DNA from: a virus
Strand: one strand, 5' to 3'
IMG/VR virus record: IMGVR_UViG_3300043419_000731
Span: 56,466-120,465 of that record
DNA length: 64,000 nucleotides
Below the pieces are notes generated by a model. It worked only from the letters and a program-made list of their open reading frames with translations. It was not told the DNA's origin and searched no databases. Positions 15,885 to 26,479 of this stretch are shown here, in pieces (position 1 is the stretch's first letter; the number at the start of each line of letters is the position of its first letter). A program made the position numbers and the translations under genes.

Positions 15885-16095
15885 TTGTTTCTCCTGGGGT
15901 ATATGAAGGCGATGGCCCAAGTAAGTAACCCGCCTGATGATATTCTACCATTTTAGCAGTATCTTCACTACCTGCTACTTTGTTAGATATCAAAGTTAGT
16001 ATGTCGTATATTCTGTGTAGCATTATGTAGGAAACCATAGGTAGGTTGTCTTCTAAATTTGTTACGTTGTCTTCGTTATTCTGGTCTTCCTGCAT
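15877..16095 (-). CDS. hypothetical protein
   Basis: YIMLHRIYD...H..G.LLGP.P motif. Confidence 0.7.
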   Translation of the reverse strand: MQEDQNNEDNVTNLEDNLPMVSYIMLHRIYDILTLISNKVAGSEDTAKMVEYHQAGYLLGPSPSYTPGETNE

Positions 16096-16190
16096 CTTCC
16101 CACCATTTTTCTCTTCCAGCGGCATCAGTAACCATCATAGGCTTTGATTCTTGCCCGCATTGACAATTATTTTTGTTGCATTTATTTGTA

Positions 16191-16400
16191 TTAGTCATTT
16201 TTATTAACAGCCTTAACTATTTCGTTGTATGTAGCAAGTCCAATATTTTTTTTATATTCACATTCAAGACAGTATAAATATATGTTATCTTCTAGATCTT
16301 GATTAGAAAAAAGAAGGGATTGGTCTACTGGGCATAAAAGCTTTTCAACCAATCCTTCTTCTGACATGGAGATGTAAGTTGATACGTATTGTATCCTCAT
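16191..16400 (-). CDS. small zinc-binding hypothetical protein
   Basis: CPVD...CLEC; AAGGAG RBS. Confidence 0.7.
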   Translation of the reverse strand: MRIQYVSTYISMSEEGLVEKLLCPVDQSLLFSNQDLEDNIYLYCLECEYKKNIGLATYNEIVKAVNKND

Positions 16401-16410
16401 CCCATCTCCT

Positions 16411-16953
16411 TTACTTTGTCGGAAATTTTAAATAAAATTCCTTAGCTCTTGGGGTCATACCCTTCCAAGCTGACCAATCACTGCCGCCATCGGTCATATA
16501 GTACGTTATCTCTGCGTTTGTTACTGGGTCGAATAACTCCTTGTTACTCTGTAGATCAAATTTCTCAAGTCTTTCTGGACCAAGATTTCCAATCATGTTT
16601 ATCTGAAACAGTCCGTAAGAACTATCTCCTGTATTCCTATTCCCGTTATATGCAAGCGGTCTTCCATTAGATTCACGCTTTGCTATTGACCAAGCTTTCT
16701 TAAGGCCTAATCCTTCGAATCCTACAGTCTCAAGTAGTAATACTAGCTCTTCGTCTGTAAGCATCTCAGATGGCTTGTAAATCTCTTTACTAAAACTATC
16801 TAAGACTTCTTGCTTTAATTGGGCTTCAGTTTTCACTAAAGGCTTTACAGTCAAAGCATTTGCTGGGTTACTAGAAAACAAGAACAGTGTTGTCACTGCT
16901 ATTATTGTCCAGTCACGAACCAAATCGCTAAACTGTTGTTTTATATTCTCCAT
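16411..16953 (-). CDS. secreted lysozyme-like/SLT transglycosylase
   Basis: Signal-peptide-like N-terminus; ES catalytic motif, SYGLFQIN, LFDPVTNA, WSAW. Confidence 0.8.
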   Translation of the reverse strand: MENIKQQFSDLVRDWTIIAVTTLFLFSSNPANALTVKPLVKTEAQLKQEVLDSFSKEIYKPSEMLTDEELVLLLETVGFEGLGLKKAWSIAKRESNGRPLAYNGNRNTGDSSYGLFQINMIGNLGPERLEKFDLQSNKELFDPVTNAEITYYMTDGGSDWSAWKGMTPRAKEFYLKFPTK

Positions 16954-17154
16954 TGGCATTTCCTCCTATAGAGATAACGAACTATAATAATAACATTAGT
17001 AAGTAAGTCATGTCAAGCTAGTTAACTAAAATGATTCTCACATATTGATACGCTCAAAAAATATTTTAGGCACTAGACCGCTAAAAGAAAGTTTGATACA
17101 CTTAGAACTTCACACACAAATTACACCGCAAGGCGGAGAAAAGGTCGTATATAA

Positions 17155-19089
17155 ATGTCTAGAACTATTGAAAACCCTTATGAAAACTTTATTGCTTTAT
17201 CCAGATATGCAAAATGGGTAGAAGCAGAAGGACGCAGAGAAACTTGGGGAGAAACAGTAGATAGATACTTTTCTTTTATGACTAATCATTTAAAAGAAAA
17301 TCATAATTATATTCCAAATGAAAAGCTAGTTGCGGAATTAAAAGAGTTTGTATTTCAGCGAAATGTCATGCCGTCCATGAGATCCGTAATGACATCTGGA
17401 GCAGCACTAGAAAGAGATAATGTTGCTGGATACAACTGTTCGTTTGTTCCAGTTGATTCTCCAAGATCATTTGATGAAACTATGTATATCCTTATGTGTG
17501 GAACTGGTGTTGGATTTTCTGTTGAGTACAAGTATGTTAATAAACTTCCTGCCGTCCCAGAAACACTAGAGAAATCAACTACTGTAATTATTGTAGAAGA
17601 CTCTAAGCAGGGTTGGGCAAAAGCATATCGTGAGTTACTCGCTTTGCTTTGGTCTGGACAAATTCCAGCAGTAGATGTTTCTAAGGTAAGACCAGCAGGA
17701 GCTAGATTAAAAACTATGGGCGGAAGATCATCTGGACCACAACCACTTGTAAATCTTTTTGATTTTACTATTGCAAAGTTTAAGAATGCAGCAGGTAGAA
17801 ACCTTAAGCCAATTGAAGCTCATGACATCATGTGTAAGATTGGAGAGGTTGTAGTTGTTGGTGGAGTTCGCAGATCAGCAATGATATCTCTATCAAACAT
17901 TAACGATATTGAGATGGCTCAAGCAAAAGCAGGCAACTGGTGGGAAAATAATCCACAACGTGCACTTTCAAATAACTCTGTGGCTTACTCTCGCAAGCCC
18001 GACATGGAGCAGTTTATAGCAGAATGGAAATCTTTATATGACTCAAAATCTGGGGAACGTGGAATCTATAACGTCGCAGCAGCGCAGGCGCAAGCAGCTA
18101 AATATGGTCGCAGAAGCCCTGAAATCCACTATGGCACTAATCCGTGTTCAGAAATTATTCTCCGTCCTTACCAGTTTTGTAATCTTTCAGAAGTCGTACT
18201 ACGTGAAACGGACACAGTTGAAGATGTTGCAAACAAAGTACGCCTTGCTACAATTCTTGGAACTTGGCAGTCGACACTAACAGACTTTAAGTATCTTCGT
18301 AAAATCTGGAAAGATAATACAGAAGAAGAAAGACTTCTAGGAGTTTCACTTACTGGACAATTTGGACACAAGTTCTTCTCTGGAAAAGATAATCTTGATG
18401 AGCTTGAAGTTGCTCTAAATAAATTACGTGAGCATGCAAGAGAAATAAATAAAGAAGAGGCAGGGAAAATTGGGATTCCTGAGTCTGCAGCTATTACATG
18501 CGTAAAGCCTTCTGGAACAGTGTCCCAATTGGTCGGGGTATCTTCAGGAATGCATCCATGGCATTCACAGTATTACATTCGTACAGTTCGTGGCTCAAAG
18601 GGAGATCCTATCTCAACATTTTTGAAGGAAGTTGGAATTCCAGTAGAAGATGACGTTATGAAGCCAAACGATACTTACGTATTCTCATTTCCAATTAAAG
18701 CTCCAGAGGGAGCAATCGTTAGAAATGATTTAACAGCGCTAGACCATCTAAACACTTGGTTAGTCTATCAACGTGCTTGGTGTGAGCACAAGCCTTCAAT
18801 TACAGTTTCTGTAAAAGAAGATGAGTGGATGGAAGTTGGATCATGGGTATACAAGCACTTCGATGAGGTATCTGGAATCTCATTTCTTCCGCATTCAGAT
18901 CATACATACAAGCAGGCTCCATATCAAGAGGCTACAAAAGAAGAATACGAAGAGCTTCTTTCAAGAATGCCTAGCAACATTCGCTGGGAAGACTTATCAT
19001 TTTATGAGACAGAGGATGGAACTTCAACAAATGCTACTTTAGCTTGCAGCTCAGACGGAAATTGTGAGCTTGTAGATATTTCAGCATAG
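17155..19089 (+). CDS. nrdJ: class II (adenosylcobalamin-dependent) ribonucleotide reductase
   Basis: YNCSF, GGVRRSA, TNPCSE, KPSGT, CEHKPSIT, C-terminal Cys pair. Confidence 0.92.
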   Translation: MSRTIENPYENFIALSRYAKWVEAEGRRETWGETVDRYFSFMTNHLKENHNYIPNEKLVAELKEFVFQRNVMPSMRSVMTSGAALERDNVAGYNCSFVPVDSPRSFDETMYILMCGTGVGFSVEYKYVNKLPAVPETLEKSTTVIIVEDSKQGWAKAYRELLALLWSGQIPAVDVSKVRPAGARLKTMGGRSSGPQPLVNLFDFTIAKFKNAAGRNLKPIEAHDIMCKIGEVVVVGGVRRSAMISLSNINDIEMAQAKAGNWWENNPQRALSNNSVAYSRKPDMEQFIAEWKSLYDSKSGERGIYNVAAAQAQAAKYGRRSPEIHYGTNPCSEIILRPYQFCNLSEVVLRETDTVEDVANKVRLATILGTWQSTLTDFKYLRKIWKDNTEEERLLGVSLTGQFGHKFFSGKDNLDELEVALNKLREHAREINKEEAGKIGIPESAAITCVKPSGTVSQLVGVSSGMHPWHSQYYIRTVRGSKGDPISTFLKEVGIPVEDDVMKPNDTYVFSFPIKAPEGAIVRNDLTALDHLNTWLVYQRAWCEHKPSITVSVKEDEWMEVGSWVYKHFDEVSGISFLPHSDHTYKQAPYQEATKEEYEELLSRMPSNIRWEDLSFYETEDGTSTNATLACSSDGNCELVDISA

Positions 19090-19155
19090 TGGTAGAATTA
19101 TAGTATTGGGTAAAACCAAAATTCCTGGGCACATTGCCCACAAGGAGATGACAAT

Positions 19156-19392
19156 ATGGCTAAATTTGCAAAGGCAGATTTAAACAAAGATGGAAAGGTA
19201 ACCATGCAGGAACAAATTCTTTCGGCATTATCGAGCTACGGCAGAGCATTCTTATCTGCAGTACTTGCACTTTACATGACAGGCAATACGAATCCAAAGG
19301 ACCTTCTATTGGGCGGAATCGCAGCTATTGCACCAGTAGTCCTCAAGGCACTCAATCCAAACGATAAGAGCTTTGGTTTCACTAATAAGTAG
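19156..19392 (+). CDS. putative holin (two hydrophobic segments)
   Basis: YGRAFLSAVLALY...LLGGIAAIAPVVLKALNP. Confidence 0.55.
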   Translation: MAKFAKADLNKDGKVTMQEQILSALSSYGRAFLSAVLALYMTGNTNPKDLLLGGIAAIAPVVLKALNPNDKSFGFTNK

Positions 19393-19408
19393 TTAGCAGT
19401 CAATTAGA

Positions 19409-19442
19409 AATACTCCTGTGCTAAAATTGGTACAGGAGTATT
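19409..19442 (+). terminator. 11-bp hairpin with an extended -10 (TGCTAAAAT) in its loop
   Basis: AATACTCCTGT/ACAGGAGTATT. Confidence 0.5.
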
Positions 19443-19464
19443 CCTATTTAGGAGACTATGGCAA

Positions 19465-19812
19465 ATGGCAGGACAAAAGAACTTTGAAGTAGATCAAAAC
19501 GCAACATTCACCTTTGTGATTGAATATAAAGATGATAATGGTGATGCGATTGATCTTACAGGTGCATCTGCAAAGATGCAGGTTCGTGATACAAAGGGTG
19601 GAGCAAAATTAGCTGTCACTCTAACATCACCTTCTGGTGGAATAGTAATTGATCAACCAAATGGTAAATTAACTATTAAAATGACACCAACACAAACTAA
19701 CAAACTCTTTTATCCTAAATCATCTTATGATGTAATGGTTGTCGATTCTAACGGGAACAAAATAAAACTCCTTGAGGGTTTTATGACGCTCAATAGATCG
19801 GTAACCATATAA
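19465..19812 (+). CDS. virion protein, BppU-N-like Ig fold
   Basis: VDQNATF...IDLTG.SAKMQVR...YDV...KLLEG pattern. Confidence 0.65.
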   Translation: MAGQKNFEVDQNATFTFVIEYKDDNGDAIDLTGASAKMQVRDTKGGAKLAVTLTSPSGGIVIDQPNGKLTIKMTPTQTNKLFYPKSSYDVMVVDSNGNKIKLLEGFMTLNRSVTI

Positions 19813-20252
19813 TGACAGAATCAATAGTCGTAACCGAAGTAATCAATGATGTAATCATTTCATCCCCAGGTCCGCAAGGTCCTAGGGGTAAAACTATTTT
19901 AAGTGGAAGTGGTGCACCTTCAAACAACTTAGGTCTAGAAGGAGACTTTTATTACGACTCAGTTCTTTCTAAATTTTATGGACCAAAGCCATCTGATACT
20001 ACTTGGCAAGATGCCAAGGTCATAACTCTTACAGCAAACACTCTAGCTTATTCATGGGAACTAGCTCAACTAACAGGACCAGTTTCAGGAATATATTCTT
20101 TAGCAATAAATCACAATTTGGGATACCATCCAAATGTAACAATTAAATCAAGCGCAGGGGATATACTTGAAACAGGTATAGACTATAACAACATAAACAC
20201 AATTACACTGACTATGGCACAACCATTTTCAGGGACAGCATATCTGTCATAA
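19812..20252 (+). CDS. fibre-associated protein with short collagen motif
   Basis: GPQGPRG, GLEGDFYYD, FYGPK, HNLGYHP. Confidence 0.6.
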   Translation: MTESIVVTEVINDVIISSPGPQGPRGKTILSGSGAPSNNLGLEGDFYYDSVLSKFYGPKPSDTTWQDAKVITLTANTLAYSWELAQLTGPVSGIYSLAINHNLGYHPNVTIKSSAGDILETGIDYNNINTITLTMAQPFSGTAYLS

Positions 20253-20264
20253 GGGGGAACAAAA

Positions 20265-21236
20265 ATGTCAAAAAAGTTTTTAGTTAGTATTGATCTCAAT
20301 AAGAATGAGTTACTCAATGCTAGAATTCAAAATTTAGGATCAGCACCAACAAATCCAGTATCTGGTCAGGTTTACTACAATACTGGCAATAATATTATGT
20401 ACTTCTGGAACGGTACAGAGTGGATTTCCACATCTGGTTCTCTAGAAGTAATTCAAGATGCAATTGGTCAGTATGTTGAAGGTGGAGTAGGTCTTACAAG
20501 ATCATACAATGACTCTACAGGAACAACAACAATTGATTTAGATGACACAGCGGTAAATCCAGGAACATACGGGTCAATTACAAAGGTTCCAACATTTACT
20601 GTTGATCAGCAAGGTCGTTTGACTGCCGCTAGCGAAGATAACCTAGTTATTCCGCTTGACACACAGACAACTGGAGACTATGTAGCAACAATTGTTGGTA
20701 CAGAAGGTGAAATTACCGTTTCTCCAAATAGTGGACATAATGCAGCAGTCACTATTGGATTGCCAGATGACGTCGAGATTACTGGAAACCTCCAGGTAGG
20801 CGGAAACTTAAATGTTATTGGAACTGTTAACTCTGTAAATACAACACAGATTAATATTGAAGATAATAAGGTAAATCTTAATACTAACTTTATAGGAATG
20901 CCAACAACAGATGCTGGAATCCGTGTAGAGCGTGGAGATGAAGCAGATGTTGAGCTTTTGTGGAATGAATCTACAAATACTTGGACATTAACAAATAATG
21001 GGTCCAACTATCATTCAATTGCAAGAAAGTATGCACAGATACTTTCAGAGACAAGTACATCTCACACAGTAACACATAACCTTGGAACAACAGATGTTAC
21101 AGTTCAGATATTTGAAGCTGCATCTCCTTATGCACAGGTTGAGGCAGATGTTAAGAGAACTTCTGAAGATGTGGTTACTATAGATTTTGCCGTTGCTCCA
21201 ACAGCAGGGCAATACAAGGTAGTTGTAGTAGGATAA
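20265..21236 (+). CDS. virion fibre/structural protein
   Basis: GQVYYNT, VDQQGRLT, INIEDN, HNLGT modules. Confidence 0.65.
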   Translation: MSKKFLVSIDLNKNELLNARIQNLGSAPTNPVSGQVYYNTGNNIMYFWNGTEWISTSGSLEVIQDAIGQYVEGGVGLTRSYNDSTGTTTIDLDDTAVNPGTYGSITKVPTFTVDQQGRLTAASEDNLVIPLDTQTTGDYVATIVGTEGEITVSPNSGHNAAVTIGLPDDVEITGNLQVGGNLNVIGTVNSVNTTQINIEDNKVNLNTNFIGMPTTDAGIRVERGDEADVELLWNESTNTWTLTNNGSNYHSIARKYAQILSETSTSHTVTHNLGTTDVTVQIFEAASPYAQVEADVKRTSEDVVTIDFAVAPTAGQYKVVVVG

Positions 21237-21240
21237 ACAA

Positions 21241-21702
21241 ATGTCTCGTCAAATGAAGGTGGCGCTCAACCTATTAACCATACAGGATGATCCAGCCAAT
21301 GCTCGTGAGGGTGATATTTATTATAACGTTATTACCAAAAACTTACGTATATTTAATGGAACAGTTTGGCTAGAACTTACTCCCCCAAGTGATGACCCAA
21401 CTCCATTTTATGAGCATACACACGCATTTGACGGAAGCCTACATACAATTAATGTTAGCAACCCAATTCGATTCCAAAATTATAATGAGAATGCTGGTCC
21501 AGAAGAAGCATTACCAATAATTGCGGGTATAATAGGAGGAGGGCCAGAAGATGATTTGATTAATCCAAATTATACTCAGCTCACACTATTTGATGGCGGA
21601 AGCCCAGACTCAATACCAGAACCAGAAGAAGACTATACATTGCTAGAAGGAGGAGCTTCAGCAGAAGGAGATAATACAATTATTGATTTCGGAGGAGCAT
21701 AA
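21241..21702 (+). CDS. virion structural protein
   Basis: EGDIYYN...WLEL; repeated DGG/EGG motifs. Confidence 0.55.
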   Translation: MSRQMKVALNLLTIQDDPANAREGDIYYNVITKNLRIFNGTVWLELTPPSDDPTPFYEHTHAFDGSLHTINVSNPIRFQNYNENAGPEEALPIIAGIIGGGPEDDLINPNYTQLTLFDGGSPDSIPEPEEDYTLLEGGASAEGDNTIIDFGGA

Positions 21703-21706
21703 ATAA

Positions 21707-23536
21707 ATGTCAACAAAAATTCTTTTTAGAAGAGACACATCAGCAAATTGGACAACAGTAAATCCAATCTTACTTGCTGGAGAAATTGGTATTGAAACAG
21801 ATACTTATAAGTTTAAAATAGGAAATGGCTCAAGATGGAATCAGCAGCCATTCTATGCATTTAAGGTCGGAGCTCCAAATGGAGTAGCTCAACTAGGAGC
21901 GACTGGTAAAATTCCTCTTGATCAGGTCCCAGACTACCAATCAGTAAATACTGAAGTTACACAGAAGGTTAATGAAAAGTTTGCAGCACAGACTACAAGC
22001 AACTTAGCAGAAGGACAAAATTTATATTTTACAGAAGCTAGAGCAATAGCAGCAAACGCAACAGCAATTTCCCATGCAGTATCCGATGAGGCTACAGCAA
22101 GAAATCAAGCAATTGCTACAGCTAAAAATGAAGCAATTGCAACAGCTGCATCAAATACAACATCAGCAATTGCCACAGCAAGAACTGGAATAATTTCTCA
22201 AGCTTACGGAGATGCAACAGATATAGCCTCAGCTCTTATACAGCAAGAATCTGCTGCAAGAGTATCTGAAATTGCAGCAGCAATAGAGCAAGAAGAATCT
22301 GATAGAAACTCTGCAATTAATACAGCAATATCAAATGAAATTATAAATAGAAATACTGCTATTAATTCAACTACAACTACTCAAATTGCAGAAGGAGATA
22401 ATTTATACTTTACTGAGGCAAGAGCCAAAAGCGCAGTTGCTTCAGACATAGCAACAGCAGTAGCTGGAGTATCTCTTACAGGCAAGACAACAAATAATTT
22501 AGCTGAAGGCTCAACAAATCTTTACTTTACAAATGCCAGAGCAATATCTGCAACAAATTCAAGATTTACACAAGCAACCATTTATACTAATCAAGTTGCA
22601 GATGACCTTAGAACAGAGATTAGTCAAAATTATGTCTCTAACAGTGGACTGCAAAACCAATTAGATTCTTATGTTCTTGAAGGAGATAGAAATGCTGCAG
22701 GTGGATTTGCTGGACTAGATTCATCTTCAAAAGTTTTAGACTCAGTACTTCCATCCACAATTGCAAGAGTTTCTGATATTGATGCAGCTATAGATGCAAT
22801 AATTGATTCTGCTCCAGGCGCTTTAGATACATTAAATGAATTAGCAGCTGAATTAGCAAACGGACAATCAGCGGTTGCTTCTTTAACAAATGTAATCAAT
22901 ACAAAACTAGATTCGTCTTTAGCCTCTACAACATATGCTCCAAAAGCAAACCCAACTTTTACTGGCACAGTTTCTGGAGTAACAAAGACACATGTCGGAC
23001 TAGGAAATGTAGACAACACTTCAGATCTTAATAAGCCAATTTCATTATTAACTGATGCAGCATTAGATTTAAAAGCTAATATAAATAACCCTACATTTAC
23101 TGGATCGATTGATTTTTCAAATGTCACAGTAACTGGGCTAACAGCTATTGCTGGGCTACCAGACCAGAGCAGCAACTCTGGAAAGTATTTGATGACAAAT
23201 GGAGTTAACCCTAGCTGGGAGACACTAGATGTTTCTGCTCTTGCTCCATTAGATAATCCAACATTTACTGGGACAGTATCATTTCAGAATGCTACTGTAA
23301 ACTTTGCAGATTCATCAATCACCAGCTCTTCATTAGCAGGAACTATACCAAATGCTAAACTAGAAAACTCATCTATTACATTAAATGGTAATTTGATTAA
23401 CTTGGGCTCAACAGTAACTCTTGGAGGATACTATAACCCAGCAGGTGAAAATGTAAGAAACAAGATAATATACGGAACTTCTGTTGATGCGCCTGCGGGA
23501 TCATATTCTGCAGGAGATATTTATATTCAATACTAA
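21707..23536 (+). CDS. fibre protein with Mtd-N-like N-terminus and coiled-coil stalk
   Basis: RRDTSANWTTVNPILLAGEIGIETDT; three NLAEG..LYFT..RA-type repeats; LDTLNELAA. Confidence 0.7.
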   Translation: MSTKILFRRDTSANWTTVNPILLAGEIGIETDTYKFKIGNGSRWNQQPFYAFKVGAPNGVAQLGATGKIPLDQVPDYQSVNTEVTQKVNEKFAAQTTSNLAEGQNLYFTEARAIAANATAISHAVSDEATARNQAIATAKNEAIATAASNTTSAIATARTGIISQAYGDATDIASALIQQESAARVSEIAAAIEQEESDRNSAINTAISNEIINRNTAINSTTTTQIAEGDNLYFTEARAKSAVASDIATAVAGVSLTGKTTNNLAEGSTNLYFTNARAISATNSRFTQATIYTNQVADDLRTEISQNYVSNSGLQNQLDSYVLEGDRNAAGGFAGLDSSSKVLDSVLPSTIARVSDIDAAIDAIIDSAPGALDTLNELAAELANGQSAVASLTNVINTKLDSSLASTTYAPKANPTFTGTVSGVTKTHVGLGNVDNTSDLNKPISLLTDAALDLKANINNPTFTGSIDFSNVTVTGLTAIAGLPDQSSNSGKYLMTNGVNPSWETLDVSALAPLDNPTFTGTVSFQNATVNFADSSITSSSLAGTIPNAKLENSSITLNGNLINLGSTVTLGGYYNPAGENVRNKIIYGTSVDAPAGSYSAGDIYIQY

Positions 23537-23550
23537 GAACGGAGATATAA

Positions 23551-26433
23551 GTGCCATTTAAAATTTTTGACGGTTCATCGTGGCTTCCATCTAAAAAAAT
23601 TAAAGTCAATACCGAACTTGGTATGCAAGACTATAAAAAGGCATTTATATTTGACGGCACAAACTGGGTTGAAGTTTTAGAAAAACCAAAAAATCTTACT
23701 GTTCCAGAGCTTTCCTTTTCTAGAGGACAAGAGCTTTATGGTGCAGATCAAACTGTAACAGCTACTAACGGAACCTGGGAAGGAACCGTATCATCTTACA
23801 AGTATCAGTGGCAAAAAGGAATATACGCTGGCTCTCAGATAGATTGGTCTGATATCACAGATGCAATAAACAATAGCTTTATTATACCAGGAGATTTAGT
23901 AGGGTATAAATTAAGATGTGCTGTAACTGCAGTAAATAATGCAGGAGATAGCGAAAAGGCATACGGAACAACAATTGGAATCATCCTTCCTGAATTTGTT
24001 CAAACAATAACAGCCTTTGTGCAACAAGATGCAGACGGATATGTAAATGGAAAGATAAGAGTGTTCTGGGATGTTTCAGAAGGTGCAGACGGATATTTAT
24101 TGATTTATCAAGGTCCTGGAATTGCTAGAACAGAAAAGAAAATTATTGGTAAAAGTAATAACCTGTTTGACTGGGATTTTGGTGCAACAAACGTTAATGA
24201 TCTAATAGGAATGACAAGCTTATCGATATACGTTGGCCCATACAATGATACAAGCTCTGCTGCAGCAGCATATAGAGCGGCTAACGGAATTGGTGATAGC
24301 CAAACACCAACATTCTATCAATCTGGAGGAATCAATGACCTTCTTCCAAAAAAACCAATTGTAACCTCTTTAGCAGTTGCAATTACACCGTATGTTTATG
24401 ACACAGCAATTCAAATGAGCTGGTCACTAAGTAATATAACTCAATCATCATTTTCAGCGGAGTATCAGTATTTTAACGATGAAACCCTAGAATATGGATG
24501 GGCACCTTACAGATCTGGAACAACAGAGCAAAGCGTTTACATGCCTATTGGACCAGGATTTAGTTTTGATGGATTAAGAGTTGTAGTTTCGGGAACTTCT
24601 AGAGGATTTGCAGGACCATTCATTGGCGTTTCTAATTCACCAACTTCTGCATATCTTGCACCAGCAATTTATACAAAACCATTCTTAACCCCAAGCACTA
24701 ATGTTCAAGTGGGAGAAGTTATATCTGCTACCCAAGGAGTATGGGATTATAACCCAACATCATATACTTTAGATATATTAAAAAATGGAGTTTCAGTAGC
24801 ATCTGGAACACAAAGCTGTTCATACACAACAGTATTATCAGATGCTAATGCTACATTTACTGTTAAAGCAAGTGCTACAAATCCAGGTGGCACAACAGAG
24901 TCTTACGGAGACTATTCAATACAATGCCTTAACACATCCACCGTCCCCGCAAACGGTGTTGCTCAAATTTATGGAACTGGTAGAGTTGGAACACAAATTA
25001 CAATGAGCACAAGCGGCTGGACAGGAAATCCAACTCCTTCAATAACTACAAGCTTGCAGCGCATGAACTACTCTGGAGGCTATGATGACATGGGAGTTAC
25101 ATCCTATACTGTACAAGAATCAGATCTTTCAGTTGGTTCAAAAGGCGGAACAATCGCTGCAATTTTTAGAGCACGAGCAACAGCTAGCAATATAGCGGGA
25201 TCAACTTCTGCCTATTCAGATTATCTTCAAGTTTCAAGTAATACATTTACAGTTCCAAGCTTCTTAGGTGGAGGAGTTCCACAAGGTGCAAGTAACTATA
25301 CTATTACAAATGGTGGAGCGCTATATAAAACAACAGCTCTAAGCCAAGCGGGTACAGTAGCAGCTCAGTATCCAACAGCAGGAACAACTGCAACTATTGG
25401 TGTAGATATCACAGTTTATACTTATTATTATGAGGCCGCTGCAGTACTTGCTTCTGGTGGGGTAGCTTCTATTTCTGGAAGTGGTCAGGTTGGTTCAACT
25501 ATTACTGCATCTGCTAGCGGATGGTCTGGAAGCCCAACTCCAACCGTAACAACTCAATTACAGCGCATGAATTATGCTGGAGGGTATGATGATATGGGTG
25601 TAACATCATACACCGTACAATCATCTGATCTAAGCGTTGGAACTAAGGGTGGTGCAATTCCACAATACTTCAGAGCAATTTCAAGAGCAACTAACTCAGC
25701 AGGAACTGCAGAAGTTTACTCTGATTATGTACAAGCAAGCGCAGCACCAGTAACTCCATCATTCCCATTCTTCCCTGACTTTGTGGCGCCACCGTCATTC
25801 CCTTACTTCCCAGCATTTAAGGCACCTTCATTCCCATTCTTCCCTGATTTTGTTGCACCGCCTTCATTCCCTTATTTCCCAGAATTTATGAAAGCACCAT
25901 CATTTGTAGCGCCACCTTCATTCCCATTCTTCCCTGACTTTGTTGCTGCGCCTTCATTCCCTTATTTCAAAGTTACAAAATGTATTGAGTCAAATACAAG
26001 ACTATTAACTTTTGATAGAGGATATGTTGCAGCTAGAGACATACAGCTAGGAGACAAGTTAGTTTCAATATCTGCAGAAGATTTCGGAAACGAATCAATG
26101 AAGTGGTTTAACATTAAAGATAATGTTAAGCTTGTAGAAGTTGAAGTTGTTAAATCTGAGATGTCAGTTAAAGATGTGTTGTCATTTAACGGAACAGAAA
26201 AGTACTTCTCTTATGGTCAACCAATATTCATTAAAAAAGACGGGCTTGCAACATGGATAGAGTCAGGCTCAGTTAACATTGGAGATGCATTACTAGAACT
26301 TGATCCCGCCACTGGTGAGATAAATGAAGTTATAGTTGACTCAATACAAGCAGATACAGACAAAGAAGTTTATGACATTAGAACATCAGGCAACCAATGG
26401 TTTATTGCAGAACAATTTATTGTTATAAGTTAA
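23551..26433 (+). CDS. Ig-like repeat virion protein with PASTA-like segment, Pro/Phe repeat and C-terminal Hint domain
   Basis: Duplicated GW.G.PTP...QRMNY.GGYDDMG modules; PSFPFFPDF repeats 25756-25968; Hint from Cys at 25981. Confidence 0.75.
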   Translation: MPFKIFDGSSWLPSKKIKVNTELGMQDYKKAFIFDGTNWVEVLEKPKNLTVPELSFSRGQELYGADQTVTATNGTWEGTVSSYKYQWQKGIYAGSQIDWSDITDAINNSFIIPGDLVGYKLRCAVTAVNNAGDSEKAYGTTIGIILPEFVQTITAFVQQDADGYVNGKIRVFWDVSEGADGYLLIYQGPGIARTEKKIIGKSNNLFDWDFGATNVNDLIGMTSLSIYVGPYNDTSSAAAAYRAANGIGDSQTPTFYQSGGINDLLPKKPIVTSLAVAITPYVYDTAIQMSWSLSNITQSSFSAEYQYFNDETLEYGWAPYRSGTTEQSVYMPIGPGFSFDGLRVVVSGTSRGFAGPFIGVSNSPTSAYLAPAIYTKPFLTPSTNVQVGEVISATQGVWDYNPTSYTLDILKNGVSVASGTQSCSYTTVLSDANATFTVKASATNPGGTTESYGDYSIQCLNTSTVPANGVAQIYGTGRVGTQITMSTSGWTGNPTPSITTSLQRMNYSGGYDDMGVTSYTVQESDLSVGSKGGTIAAIFRARATASNIAGSTSAYSDYLQVSSNTFTVPSFLGGGVPQGASNYTITNGGALYKTTALSQAGTVAAQYPTAGTTATIGVDITVYTYYYEAAAVLASGGVASISGSGQVGSTITASASGWSGSPTPTVTTQLQRMNYAGGYDDMGVTSYTVQSSDLSVGTKGGAIPQYFRAISRATNSAGTAEVYSDYVQASAAPVTPSFPFFPDFVAPPSFPYFPAFKAPSFPFFPDFVAPPSFPYFPEFMKAPSFVAPPSFPFFPDFVAAPSFPYFKVTKCIESNTRLLTFDRGYVAARDIQLGDKLVSISAEDFGNESMKWFNIKDNVKLVEVEVVKSEMSVKDVLSFNGTEKYFSYGQPIFIKKDGLATWIESGSVNIGDALLELDPATGEINEVIVDSIQADTDKEVYDIRTSGNQWFIAEQFIVIS

Positions 26434-26479
26434 TAAATAATCCTGTATAATATATGAATAGGCAGTAAGAGGAGGAAAA

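Noticed and set aside
16960-17154. NrdR box upstream of nrdJ
   Set aside because: No convincing match by eye
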